Positions 39,787 through 51,791 are shown, counted from the first letter of the stretch. The stretch is 64,000 nt of DNA from Candidatus Bathyarchaeota archaeon (GCA_963775685.1 CAVZJV010000014.1:1472001-1536000); one strand, 5' to 3'. A program made the numbers and translations. Notes: generated from the letters alone by a model not told the origin.

Positions 39787-40053
39787 TTGAGGCTAATACA
39801 AATGGATAAAGAAACGAAAAAGATGAGTGCGGGTCTTTTATCGGTCATTGGATGCATATTATTTGCATTTTCAATTTACATTTACATTGATGACCCTCAC
39901 CGCTGGCTTTTAGCGTGGGTTTCAAGTTTATCTTTTTTGGTTATCGGCATAGTCTTAATCATTCTTGCAGTAGTCATTCAAAAAATGAAGATAACGGAAA
40001 CAAAACAGAAACCTTTGGCATTCACCCGCTTATCCGAACGGATTCTAGTATAA
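39787..40053 (+). CDS. Small two-TM protein
   Basis: Two hydrophobic helices. Confidence 0.5.
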   Translation: MRLIQMDKETKKMSAGLLSVIGCILFAFSIYIYIDDPHRWLLAWVSSLSFLVIGIVLIILAVVIQKMKITETKQKPLAFTRLSERILV

Positions 40054-40256
40054 CAAGCTGCTCGCAGGAATTCTTTCTCCAAAGGAATGCGTCTCAAGTA
40101 CAGTCAAGGCCTAATTAAAGTGACAAAGTAATCTCAGGAGTGGACTAGAAAGAAGTATTCGCCGCTTTAAAATTGACCTGCCCTTTGCCACATGATCAGG
40201 AGATATTAGAAACAAACTCTTTGGCAAAAATAGAACCCAAGCGACAACTGATTTGG

Positions 40257-40676
40257 TTAACGGTATTGTTTGGTCTTCTTGTATTCATCGTATTTGTAGA
40301 GGGTTTCGGAAATTTGGCTGCGTATAAATTGCTCTGGACTGCGGAAGGGCGAACCCATTTCTTTTAGGGCTTCATCGAGCTCATCATACTGCTCACGAGA
40401 GACTTCTAGGAATTCGTTATCGTTTTTCAATCGTTCAAGCCGGTAGCGTATGGCATCACGGACAAAGTCCTCTTTGTTGGTGAAGCCTACGTCTTTGTTT
40501 TCTTCAATGAAGTTTTCCACTTTGGCAATGACTTCAGATGGAAGAATAACCGACTGCTCCAAGAGAGCGTTTATGGCGTCCTGGTAAGTTTGCATTTTGT
40601 TAGTCTCAGCGGTGAGCTCTCCCAGGAGACCAGTTAGTTTGCTATGGATGTCGTCTGAGATTTTTATCGCTTTCAT
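40257..40676 (-). CDS. Tandem RHH-domain regulator (putative repressor)
   Basis: MKAIKISDDIHSKL..TYQDAI..LL; second RHH GFTNKEDFVRDAIR. Confidence 0.75.
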   Translation of the reverse strand: MKAIKISDDIHSKLTGLLGELTAETNKMQTYQDAINALLEQSVILPSEVIAKVENFIEENKDVGFTNKEDFVRDAIRYRLERLKNDNEFLEVSREQYDELDEALKEMGSPFRSPEQFIRSQISETLYKYDEYKKTKQYR

Positions 40677-40728
40677 GAGGTATTTCTCCTGTGAATAGAA
40701 GTATGATTAGTAGGATTAGATTTATAAG

Positions 40729-40761
40729 GTTACCCATAGTAACGGAGTTAACTAAGTTAAC
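40729..40761. promoter_or_regulatory. Tandem GTTA-N7-TAAC operators between divergent RHH genes
   Basis: gttacccatagtaac (40729) and gttaactaagttaac (40747) directly after tttataa. Confidence 0.65.
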
Positions 40762-40780
40762 CAGAGGGGAATTGTGAAAA

Positions 40781-40999
40781 ATGAAAGCAAAAGTCGCCTT
40801 CACCATAGATCAAGAGGTCCTAAAAGAAATAGACGCCTTAAGGGACCTAGCAACCCGAAGCGCATTCGCCAATGAAATCCTCAAACAAGGACTCAAAGCA
40901 TACAAGGCAACGCATAAGCGACCCAAGGCGCCATTTCCAGCCGTGACCTTTGATACGGAAGAGGAAACAGCGTTAACGCCGTCGAAGGTGAAACCCTGA
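40781..40999 (+). CDS. RHH/CopG protein
   Basis: KVAFTIDQEVLKEID..RSAFANEIL. Confidence 0.8.
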   Translation: MKAKVAFTIDQEVLKEIDALRDLATRSAFANEILKQGLKAYKATHKRPKAPFPAVTFDTEEETALTPSKVKP

Positions 41000-41235
41000 T
41001 GGAGCCTCGCAAGGTTTGCCCCTTAGCCGCAGCTCACCCGCAACAGGAAAACAGCAATTGCCTTGGCGAAGCATGCGCATGCTACGTGAAAATGCAAAAA
41101 AACCGCTTTATCCAAACAGGCAACACCAGTATTGTTGATCCAGAGAGTTTCTATCGCTATGTCGGGTGCGGACTGGTGGCGCATATTCCCTGGGAACTTG
41201 TCAACTTCGAAAAGATTCCAGAACCAAACAAGTAA
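40999..41235 (+). CDS. Cys-rich hypothetical protein
   Basis: CPL...CLGEACACY...CGLV. Confidence 0.6.
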   Translation: MEPRKVCPLAAAHPQQENSNCLGEACACYVKMQKNRFIQTGNTSIVDPESFYRYVGCGLVAHIPWELVNFEKIPEPNK

Positions 41236-41279
41236 ACTAACCAAGCACAAGAACTGCACAAAGAAAGGGGTGGGAGGGA

Positions 41280-42569
41280 ATGGTTGGATCTTCAGTTGGG
41301 GTTAAGTCTTCTGACGTTTTTGGCACCTTCTCCAGTTCTCCCGCTTGTGGATCCACGCTTCAAGAAAGCATCCCCCTAAACCCACCTTGCCCTCAATGCG
41401 GATCTAGAAAACTCTGGAGAGACGCCAAACGCTACACCGTTTTTGGGGATGAAATTCAAAGATGGCTTTGCCGAGAATGCGGCCTTAGATTCTCAGATCC
41501 AAATGATGTCAAGAAAAGCTGGAGCACCCAGGAGAAAGCAGCCCGATCGGAATTGAACAATGAAATAAAAATGACCTCTGACTTAGTATCTAATCGCCAA
41601 ATATGCGTCACGGAGACGAAAAACTTGGTAGCAGAACAAAAGACAACTGAAGTTCTGCGGAGAAACCAAACTGGCGAGGTCAAAGGAAAAATCATCGAAT
41701 ACGCCTGGTGGCTAAAAAAAGACGGAAAAAGCGAATCAACAATCCTGGGCAGAACAAAGATCCTAAGCGTACTCACAAAACGAGGAGCAAACCTCTACGA
41801 TCCCGAAAGCATCAAAGAAGCCATAGCCAAACAACCCTGGAGCAGCGGCAGAAAAAACAACGCTTGCGACGCCTACTCATCCTTCCTAAGAATGGTAGGC
41901 GGCACCTGGGAAGCACCAGTATACCAAACAATCCGAAAACTTCCCTTCATCCCCAAAGAAACGGAAATCGACCAGCTCATCGCAGGAAGCAGCAAACGCA
42001 TGGCCACTTTCCTACAAACGCTAAAAGAAACAGGCTCAAGATGCGGAGAAATCTGGCGACTAAAATGGGACGACATAGACTTCGAAAGCAAAGTCGTAAA
42101 CATCACCCCCGAAAAAAACAGCAACCCACGAGTAACCCACCTAAGCGACAAACTCCTCGACATGCTCAGACAACAGCCAAAGAACTACGGTGAATACGTC
42201 TTTTCCCGCCCAAACATGAGAGTAGATAACCACGCGGTCACATTCCAGCAACAACGCAAACGAATCGCAAAGAAAATCGGCAACCCAAGAATACTAAAAA
42301 TCCACTTCCACACTCTAAGACACTTCAAAGGAACCATGCTCTATCACAAGACCAAAGACCTGCTCTACGTAATGCAAGCCTTAGGCCACAAAAACATCAA
42401 AAACACGCTCCTCTACATCCAACTCGAAGAAGCATTGTTCCAAGGCGAAATAGACTACATCTCAAAAGTCGCAAAGACTCCAGGAGAAATCTGCGTCCTA
42501 ATCGAAGCAGGCTTTGAATACGTCACTGAATTTGAAGGCCTCAAGTTCTTCAGGAAAAGGAAGACCTAA
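41280..42569 (+). CDS. Tyrosine recombinase/integrase with N-terminal zinc ribbon
   Basis: CPQCGS/CRECG; ETGSRCGE (R), PEK (K), HTLRH, LGH, LLY catalytic set; ends 67 nt from tRNA-Leu 3' end. Confidence 0.95.
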   Translation: MVGSSVGVKSSDVFGTFSSSPACGSTLQESIPLNPPCPQCGSRKLWRDAKRYTVFGDEIQRWLCRECGLRFSDPNDVKKSWSTQEKAARSELNNEIKMTSDLVSNRQICVTETKNLVAEQKTTEVLRRNQTGEVKGKIIEYAWWLKKDGKSESTILGRTKILSVLTKRGANLYDPESIKEAIAKQPWSSGRKNNACDAYSSFLRMVGGTWEAPVYQTIRKLPFIPKETEIDQLIAGSSKRMATFLQTLKETGSRCGEIWRLKWDDIDFESKVVNITPEKNSNPRVTHLSDKLLDMLRQQPKNYGEYVFSRPNMRVDNHAVTFQQQRKRIAKKIGNPRILKIHFHTLRHFKGTMLYHKTKDLLYVMQALGHKNIKNTLLYIQLEEALFQGEIDYISKVAKTPGEICVLIEAGFEYVTEFEGLKFFRKRKT

Positions 42570-42636
42570 AACATGAAAAATCAAGAAAAAACGAGTATAC
42601 ATCGCCAGGATAAACCCCCTGTATGTTTTAACATAG

Positions 42637-42724
42637 TGGTGCAGGGGGTGGGATTCGAACCCACGAACGCCTACGCGATAGGGTCCTAAGCCCTACTCCG
42701 TTGACCTGGCTTGGAGACCCCTGC
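42637..42724 (-). tRNA. tRNA-Leu(TAG)
   Basis: GCAGGGG acceptor stem, TAGGG-CTTAGGA-CCCTA anticodon arm, long variable arm, GTTCGAATC, encoded CCA. Confidence 0.96.
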
Positions 42725-42994
42725 AGTTTAAGCGTGTAGTATAGAATAATTTACCTTAATATCTGTTAAGGATTTGTTTCTCTAATGTTCTTGAAATGCA
42801 GCTTTAAATTGAATTGGTAACAACTAAATAAACAAAAATAACAGACACAATATTTGTTTTAAATGATAAAAAAACTAACATCTGATTTAACTATTTTCAC
42901 TAAATAGCTTTGAGTTTTTTAAATATAGATTGCAAAGTCACAAACCTAATAAGTTTTGGATGAAAATGTGAGATCCTTATAATAAGGCGATACT

Positions 42995-45900
42995 ATGCTT
43001 GCACCACATATTTCAAAAGAAAAAATAAAGCAATTAACAGGAATTTTACTAGTCCTAACAATAATCTTTTCAATGGCGCTCTTAGTTCCACTTGCAGCCT
43101 CAGATACGCCAGTAGGCAACAACGTCTCTTGGCAAAGCCAAGATGAAACAATCCAAAACAACTGGAATTGGACAAACCAGGGATGGCAATTTGGACCCTA
43201 CCCCACTTTCGCAATAATATTGCAGAATGGCACTGAATTAACTAACGATAATTATTTACCGTTGGGACAAACATTCACAGTCAGAATAGACATACAAAAA
43301 AGCATTTTTGTTGGGAACGCGACTCTTGGACAAGCAGGAGTAAATTGGGGCATCGACCTACGGGCTCAAAATGGTTCAATCACTGGCAACGCAAATTGCA
43401 ATATGAATTACGTAAATAGCATTCAAATGGGGAATTACAGCCAAACAAACACATGGAACATCTTTAGTAATATCAACAACCAAACCGCAATTGATGTCAA
43501 AGGTCCATCAGGACCTCAACCTATGCCACAACAAATGGGCTTCTATCAATTCAACGACCAATTAAGTAATATAACCGAGACAGAACTCGGCTGGAGATTA
43601 CAAATTGTTGGAACATTCAACAGTTCCACACCTGTCGGGCCTTACTGGGTTAACTTACAGATTACTGACCAGCATAACAATTGGATAGATGTCAGCGGTC
43701 AAAGGCTACAAAACAGCGAATCTAACAACCGACAAGTCGCCGTTGGCCAAGCAGGTTTTGTGTACGGTGGATATCAAGATTACTACACTTTTGAAAAGTT
43801 AGATAATCAAAACAATCCACTAATGTCGGTTTCCAAGGGCGCTGAATGGAAAATGCGATTAAACGTAACAAGCCCTCAATTTTCAAACGTTACAATCGGT
43901 TTAAACTTACCATGGAACATTCAACAGTTCGTGAATGTTACAGGTTGGTACCAGCAAGTCGTGACTGAACATGGCGGCTGGATGTTCAATGAAAACTCTG
44001 GAACCTACTACTGGAACAGCACAGTTGAAGTCACCCGGAACCAGCAAGTTTATGGTCCACATCTTGAACAACGATGGATCAGCCTATCGAATACTCAGCA
44101 TCAGGTAAACATTACAAATATGATGTGGAACCCAATAACTAACCTCAATGAATTATCTTCACAGCAAATAAACATTCAAGATCAACTATTCTTAACATTC
44201 AATCAGGCAACACAAACCTTTGACATAAAAATAGGCTACTGCTATAATTCCTACGATCCAATTTTACAGCAAATGGTTCAATATCAAGAACTGACCCCCA
44301 TCAATGCCTCAGATCCTTCCGGCCAATTTTATAGCCTGGTATTGCCTGATTGCAGTTACTATAAAACTGGACCAAACAACCATGTAGTTGAATTCGCAGG
44401 TTTGTTTACAAACACCACAAACTATGCACAGGACCAATACAGCTTACAGGTAAATGTATTCTCTGCCAATCAACAAATTTGGCCTAACTGGGAAAACACC
44501 AATCCAAGCGATATGCAAGTTATAATTGACAGACCTGTTGCCGTCTCAACTATACTTGATGACCAAGGTAACCCAGCGACTACACAATCCATGTTTATGA
44601 TAGGTCAGAATAAACCCTTCATCCTTCAAAGCAAGATCTATGGCATCTCAGAGATTTATCAAGATTTAGACGCTGTTGGTGTTTCATTATACTCAAACTT
44701 TGGCACATGGAGTGAAACCGAAAACTCGAACTCGCAAGTTGAAATTCGGTTAACTAAAAACTTAGATACCGGCATAATCACCTCGACGTCTTATAACCGA
44801 ACAAACGTGAATCGGTACGTTTACGACTCCCACATAGGATGGGCTTATGTTAATGTAACAGATTGGCACACTGAATTCAATTCCGCGACAGGTATGTGGG
44901 ATTGGGTAGAATCGCCACATCTAATTTGGAACCAAACCACCCTTACAGATTGGCACTGGGAATACTATCGCCTCAACCAAACTGAATATGCTCGAGACCC
45001 AAATTCACCCAATATCTGGATGGATACAACAACAACTTGGGTTGACGATATAGACCCTGCATTCAAAACATCAACAAGCTACGCTACCTTAAACTCAGCA
45101 AACGTGACATTAACAAACGGTGTAGTGGTGGCTAACTTAGGCGTTGTCTTTAATGCTGAGGCACCACAGGGAAACTACTGGTACAACATGATATTCCAGA
45201 ACATGACCTATGGACAGGACCCAAGTCAAGGCTGGGGACAACACCAAATAACAGAGTGGACCAACGAACCAACATACTTCATCAACGGCCTCGCCACGTA
45301 CGGGCAATCATGGCTTGTTGAGGCACCATCAAACCCGCTCTACACAACTTATCAAGCACAAAAATACCAAGTCAACCAAGAACCATACATAACCATAGGA
45401 AGCCAAGACATACTCCTTAAACCACAGATTCAATATGACCAATCGCAACAGAGAGACTGGATGCAGTATTTGCTCACAGGACCATATGACCCTTCAATAG
45501 GAAGACAAACACAATACTACCAATTACCAAACGGCACAAACATATACGTAAACCAGGCGTACCAAACAATCATACGCACGCTGCAATTAACCACAGCCAA
45601 CGCTTACATACTGGTTGATGACTCAGAAGTTTTACTCCCCAACGGAACAACGGTTAGCACTTACATGAACCTCGCTCAGCCAGACTACACACGTCAACAC
45701 TGGGATCCAATGCAGGGCAACATTGTACCATACTACTATGACTTCTTGAATGGATCAAGAGTCTACTTCAGACGGTCTATTTGAGCAATCTCTGTTTAAT
45801 GGCACCACAAACCACTGGGACAAAAGCAACCAAGTCTATAATGAAAGTGACAGCACACTACTAGTAGAATCTGCTGGTTCAGGCGTTAAACTAGAGAACT

Positions 45901-48900
45901 CTGTTGTTCTCCTAAGGGATCCAGGTTACTGGCAATCCCTGCCAGATGGCTCAGGATACTATTTGGTCATGCAGAATGGGACACGACTAATCGTCAAAGA
46001 TCCATTTTCAGTTCCAGATGACCAACGCACCGTTTCGCTCAATGGAGTCATTTATCACATAGGATGGCCAAACCAATACTACCAAGCCAACTATCAAGGT
46101 CAAACCCTCTTAATCCCCAACAATGGTCCAAACGGCGACAATTACGTGCAAAGTTACTTCTACACCAATCTAGGCATTGAAGCGGGAGTAAAATATGAGC
46201 TGCCCTATCCAGGAGCTATGGCAACCTCTTGGTGGGATCTGCAAGGTATTGAGTCAACAAGTCAAAAGCTCAAAACCTTAAAAACAATAACAGTTGACGG
46301 CTCTGACTACCGCCTAAACTTTGACAGCAACAGCCAAACGTACTATATAGACATCGAGGGATCCAGACAAACTGTGACGTATCCAAGCGTTGACAACAAC
46401 AATTTCTACTCAGTCATAAACGGACAAGACTGCTGGAGCATCACTCAAAACGGCTGGACCGTAAACTACGGGACATACACACAACAATCCCATCAATTAA
46501 CAGCAACCGGTAGCTTATCGACAACAACAGGGTACGACCAAAATCAGCAAACTTGGACAACCAATAGGTATGGTTACGACTATGAAAACGCAACTTTATA
46601 CCTAATGATGCCAAACGGCACGCACCTCGACGTTAGCTCAACAATGAACCTAATTGTTTGGAAGGTTCAAGTCGATGACCAGTCATACTATACATCTGAT
46701 AACTCCCCGAGCACAGAAAGCGTCCAGGATATTTCGGGTCAAACGGTGTTTCGTAACTATTTCAAAACACTCAATGGTCAAAAAGTGTACTTTGACTGGA
46801 ATAACCCAGCAAGTTGGCAACAGGAAATTCACATTCCAATATCGGGCACTAACTACACAAAACTGATCCCGTATACATGGGAAACGCAAACAATATTTGA
46901 TAAAATAATCGTATATAACATCACCATTCCAGCAGTACAAGGCAATGCCACAAGCACAGGGGTATACTTTGAAAACGGGACTGAAGTTACAGTAGGAACC
47001 CCCTTCAAAGTAATTGGCAGCACCTATGGACCAGGCACAGACTACACATTCTACCAAAACGGCAACACCTACAATTTCGATGGCGCCTACATGCCAACAA
47101 CTCAAGCTCCATGGAATCATAACATAAACGTTGCTTACTGCATAACATTGGACGGCAGCCGACTCTACAGCCCAACAATGTTTGGCTGGAACGGCAACAT
47201 TTACAATAACCCCTGGAACGCGGACAAGCAATGGCAATTCAACGGAGATGAAGGTTCCGCAAACAGCACAGTTTCAGTAGTGCAAGGTGGCTATGCCGTT
47301 TATCTGAATAATACCTTAAAAGTGGATGTTACATCAATGTCGATTTTTGGTGGCGGAACAAGTTCCTATGTCGTTTTGACAAATGGCACACATCTTGACG
47401 TGCAATGGGTTAGTTCGCTAAATCAATGGTTCACCATGGTCGGAACTGAAAAGTACCTTTTTAGCAACATCGTAACTTACTCTAACTTAACCGACGGCGG
47501 ATTCAACTACAACGTCTGTGATCCGTTGGCATATGACCAACGACACTTCTATACGGCAACAACATATCAAGCGCCAAACGTCTCCACAGATACCGGCGCC
47601 TGGTTATGGATGAATGCTACTTCTGCATCGATTCTCAAAGATGACAGTGGATACTACCTTGTTAACGCTTCAAACCAAAGCCGAATAGATATACAATCAG
47701 TCGATAACTGGTGGGGAAGCATCCCAAGCCAGATAAGGTCTCAAGTATTCACTAACCAGCTAAGTGACTACTACCCCAGATTCAACATAACCATCAACGG
47801 AGTAGAATACTTCGTTTTGGACCCAAGTCCAGCCATAGACCGATGGAACGGAGAATGGTCATCACAAAATGCCATGTACCGGTACCCAAACACGGTATCT
47901 ATAACGCTTGAAGAAGTAACCTACGACATTAACCTCTACCAAAACACATACTCATGGAACAATAATATCACTACTGCACAAATAAACACCATAAACATTG
48001 ACGACGCATCATATGATCTGGATGATCAATACAATTGGAAACCCTCCTACCAAGTCACCATAGGCGATGAAAGTTTACCAATTCAAATGGAAACCATGAA
48101 CATCTACAAAACACACCAAAGCTGCGGCAACATCTACACCTGGAAACTAACCGACATAGGCATACAAACAACAAGCCAAGTCAACAGCCTAATCGTGGGA
48201 ACACCCCAATTCGGTATGTGGGGAATAAAAGCCTACAAAACCGTCGACGATACAGGCGCAGTTGACCTAGATGGGAATACATCAAACGCCTCCGACCAAT
48301 ACTTTGTCCGCAAAATCCACAGTGGCACAGATGCTCAAACACAAACAACCAAACGTATGGTGGTGGACACAACTTGGAACCCCGATGCCACCAAGGTAGG
48401 CGATGATATCCACTTGAACGCTTGGATGGGTCAGCTTCAGGTAACTTGGACTTCGCAATGGAGTGAATCATACATCTGGTACCATGCATCTGACATGAGT
48501 CCGGTAAGTAGCCAAGAAATGACGCAGATTAGACAACTAATAGTTAACAGTGAAACCCAACAACCGAACCCAGGCTACTGGGATTTAGCGTATATGGTGC
48601 GAAACCAAACGTGGGATGATGTACTCACACAAGCAAAAGCCAACAATTGGGACTGGATAAACACCAACACCAACGAGTGGAATTGGCTATGGTTTGGAAC
48701 CAACCAGAACTACAACGTTAACATACTCCAAGACGGCAAACAATCCACCGCAGGCGTCGACTTGAAATATGAATTCGCAGGCATAAACCTACTCAACGGC
48801 ACAACACAAACCCACTATTTCATGCCTAAAACAGTGGGCAAAATATCATTCGTTACTCCAGGACAAGCATATGGAAACAATGATGCATCCGGCAACATGT

Positions 48901-49973
48901 CACTTCCATTAAACTCAAAAATTGACTTCGGCGTCACCTACGAAGACGTAAACGGCACACTCTTTCCATATAGTGACCAAAGGTCAATGTGGGGCTGGTG
49001 GGATCAACCAATATTTGGTTCAGACTTTAACGTGCCCAACCTAATGAACAAACCAACAACAGCATCAATCGATGAATTAGCATTTACAGTTCACTTCAGT
49101 GGAACCCAAACTGAATCACAATACAACACTGCTTCCATGAAAATCGATCAGCGAGTCGGCGACTGGAAGCTCCCAGCTGATGTAGTTGATGGCAGAGAAC
49201 AGAACAGCAGCGGCGTAATGGTTCCGTTGATGGGCAACGAAGCCCTCCAAAATAGAAGCTTAGCCCTAAACTACTATGTTACGGCCTCCTCCTCGATGGG
49301 ATGGAACGTTAAAGATGACAACGGAGCCAACGTTAACAACAATGGCATAACCAACTCTTCCCAGTTCAACGTCGCATCGGCACTCTCAGACGTTACGTTT
49401 GCTTCAGTTAAGCTCGGCAGCACTTATGACTGGGGCAAACCCACAACATCAACCGATCAGATAAGGACATTTAACGTTACAAGCCAAACTACATCCATCC
49501 AAAACTTCCAATCCAGCTACCAATCGGGTGCAGGCAAATCCTCAACAGGCTTTGACATATCATCATCAATGTACTTCCTTACACAAAGCTTCCCAAGATG
49601 GGATGGATACTCAATTTACAATGACCCCGAAGTCTCTGTAATGGTAAGCAAGGGCACAACTCCAGAAGCTAACCAACCAACGCCACCACCGACAGGAGCC
49701 ACGCCCCAACCTACGACTAACCCCACAAACCAACCGACAAATCAACAAAACACCTCACCATCTACCCCTCCGACCAACAACCCCGAAGGTCCAACCACGC
49801 CCCCACAAGGCACAACCCCGACACCTAAAACACAAACCCCACACCCAACAGTTTCGCCACCAAAAGAGATGCCAACTATGCCAACGACTATAATACTGGT
49901 CGGTGTCGCCATTGGATTAGGCGCAGTAATTGGCTCAATCATGCTGGTTCGAGCCAAGAAAAAACGTAACTAA
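42995..49973 (+). CDS. Giant (~2300 aa) secreted surface glycoprotein, split by one frameshift near 45770
   Basis: ORFs 42995-45784 and 45750-49973 share composition (Y/W/N/T-rich, LPNGT-type repeats); one signal peptide, one PT linker plus TM plus KKKR. Confidence 0.8.
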
Positions 49974-49982
49974 AACTTTGCG

Positions 49983-50768
49983 TTAAACCCTATTTTTATT
50001 TTTCTTTCTTTTGTACAATAGTGCAATAATCAAAGCAACGATCAGCAAAGTCGCTGTGGCTAAAATGACAAGAATTGTCCATGTTGTAATTACCGCAAAC
50101 GAACCAGGGACAGGAGTAAAGTTTTCAGTTGCTGTTGGTTGTGAAACATCAGGGCTTATACTTGGCGTGGGTGCACTAAATGGTGTCGGAGTTGGTGAAG
50201 CAGTCGGCCCAGCAGTAGCAATTGCAATGGGTGAAGCTGTTGGTGTCTCTTTTGGCACAAACCAAGTCCAACCAAGGGAGCTGAAGTCAGTATTAGCCAG
50301 GCTACCGGAAACTGCATATCCGTTCTGTACCATCGCTTGGTTAATGTTTTCGAAATGTGTAGAATTATAGTCAAGATAGGCTACACAAAGCAGTCTTCCT
50401 TGCTGATCGTTAACTGTTACTGAGTCAATATCAAGATAAACTGTTTTTCCCTGAATCATACCAGAAAGATAGCCACGAGATTCCTCATAGCCAACTGCTC
50501 CCGCCACAGGGGTTTCAATACCAGCTAACTTCACTACAGTTTCTCCAGAGGTAAGTGTAAAGGAGCTGCCATCGATAACTGAGGAAACCGTCCCAGTTTT
50601 ATCTATCGAAATAGTGGATGCTAAAGCCAATGGAAACAAAAACCCGAGGATAATGGAAACCAGAAATAATACAACAACAGCACGATGATTCATACGAGTC
50701 ATGGATAATACGATGAATTTCCTTTTATGGCTTTTCAGGCAATACCAGACCTTTAAGGCAAAAAACAT
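49983..50768 (-). CDS. Thermonuclease (SNase-like) with membrane anchor
   Basis: VSSVIDGSSF, KLAGIETP, DQQGRLLC, NQAMVQNGYA; some catalytic positions look degenerate; true start probably ~50702. Confidence 0.8.
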   Translation of the reverse strand: MFFALKVWYCLKSHKRKFIVLSMTRMNHRAVVVLFLVSIILGFLFPLALASTISIDKTGTVSSVIDGSSFTLTSGETVVKLAGIETPVAGAVGYEESRGYLSGMIQGKTVYLDIDSVTVNDQQGRLLCVAYLDYNSTHFENINQAMVQNGYAVSGSLANTDFSSLGWTWFVPKETPTASPIAIATAGPTASPTPTPFSAPTPSISPDVSQPTATENFTPVPGSFAVITTWTILVILATATLLIVALIIALLYKRKKNKNRV

Positions 50769-50865
50769 CGATTAAAACCAAATACATCAAAAGAGGATTG
50801 TTTACAAATTCAAAACCGCAAGCGTTTTATTGACATATGCAATTCTTTCACGGGAACACACGTTT

Positions 50866-50942
50866 GCCTTCGTAGCCTAGCCCGGTGGGGCGTTACCTTG
50901 GTAAGGTAATGGTCGCGGGTCCAAATCCCGCCGAAGGCTCCA
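50866..50942 (+). tRNA. tRNA-Thr(GGT)
   Basis: GCCTTCG/CGAAGGC acceptor stem, TTACC-TTGGTAA-GGTAA anticodon arm, encoded CCA. Confidence 0.93.
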
Positions 50943-51173
50943 ACCTACCCCTGATTCACGGAAGAAGTCTGATTTTGGCTCTGATTGTTGCTGCAGAATT
51001 CAGCAACGCCACTGTGGTTTTCCGTAACGTTTAGCCCCGAGGACTTAAACAAAGAAAGTACCTCGCGCATTTTTTTCAGCTTTGACTTTCAAGCGACAAC
51101 GTATTGAACGCTGATAGTTCAAATCAAAACTATCCGGATTATTAAGAAATTCTCGCTCCGTTTTGCTGGGCAT
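50897..51173 (-). pseudogene. intN fragment of SSV1-type split integrase reading into tRNA-Thr
   Basis: MPSKTEREFLNNPDSFDLNYQRSIRCRL... then, via a frameshift and a stop, GAFGGIWTRDHYLTK antisense to the tRNA. Confidence 0.65.
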
Positions 51174-51404
51174 AAAAAAAATGTGCCTGAGCGATGTTTA
51201 ATCGCTTTCTGTATGTTTTCTTGTGGTAGCTAAAGGCCTTCAATTTCTGAAGGGGTATAGAAGAAGGAAGGGAGGTCTGACGTGAAATTGTTAATCATCA
51301 GAACATATTTTTTAATGAGTATATTATGCGGCTTCTTTCCTCTATACTTCTCAATTGTTGGAAGGCCTTATATCCCGAGGAACCACTAAGGTGCAGGATG
51401 CCAC

Positions 51405-51791
51405 ATGGAAAAGTTCTCTGTCTTAGACTGCGAAATCCTCTGGAACAAGAAAAACAAGATTCCCAAAAGCCACAAAACGGCAATCAAAGAAACGCTAAAA
51501 ACAATGTCTGCCAGCATCCAAAACGCAATGAAATTCACTTCGGACAATGAACAAGGCATTGTCACTTATGCCTTCATTCCCGAGATAGAGAATCAAGAAT
51601 GCGAAGTCGTCTATTTTCTTGAAGTTTACGTTGCCGGATATGAAGAAGAGCAGAAGTTTTGGCACGCAACCGTCAGGAGCAGATCAAAAATCTGGGATGA
51701 TGCGCATTTAGCCGACATTTACGATGAAAAATTTCGCTTGTATACAAGCTTGCTTGAAGAAGACGCTCAACCTGACAGCTTCAGCAAATAA
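51405..51791 (+). CDS. Hypothetical protein
   Basis: 128-aa ORF flanked by direct AAGGCCTTCAA..GGGTATAG repeats. Confidence 0.55.
   Translation: MEKFSVLDCEILWNKKNKIPKSHKTAIKETLKTMSASIQNAMKFTSDNEQGIVTYAFIPEIENQECEVVYFLEVYVAGYEEEQKFWHATVRSRSKIWDDAHLADIYDEKFRLYTSLLEEDAQPDSFSK

Larger units (their letters stand above)
21630..42636. mobile_element. Integrated provirus-like element (tail module, TA system, surface cargo, integrase) at tRNA-Leu
   Basis: Integrase adjacent to tRNA 3' end, phage-type genes 21743-30884; left boundary inferred from J7. Confidence 0.75.

Noticed and set aside
41708-42193. 161-aa overlapping ORF within the integrase
   Set aside because: Explained by scarcity of T in the A/C-skewed coding strand; low-complexity basic product
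12404-42569. Classical integron (IntI/attC)
   Set aside because: No attC-type RYYYAAC...GTTRRRY hairpins recognised; junctions derive from a tRNA end and the integrase shows no evident IntI-specific insertion
21630-42636. Complete infectious provirus
   Set aside because: No capsid, portal or terminase recognised, and no exact att duplicate at the left end
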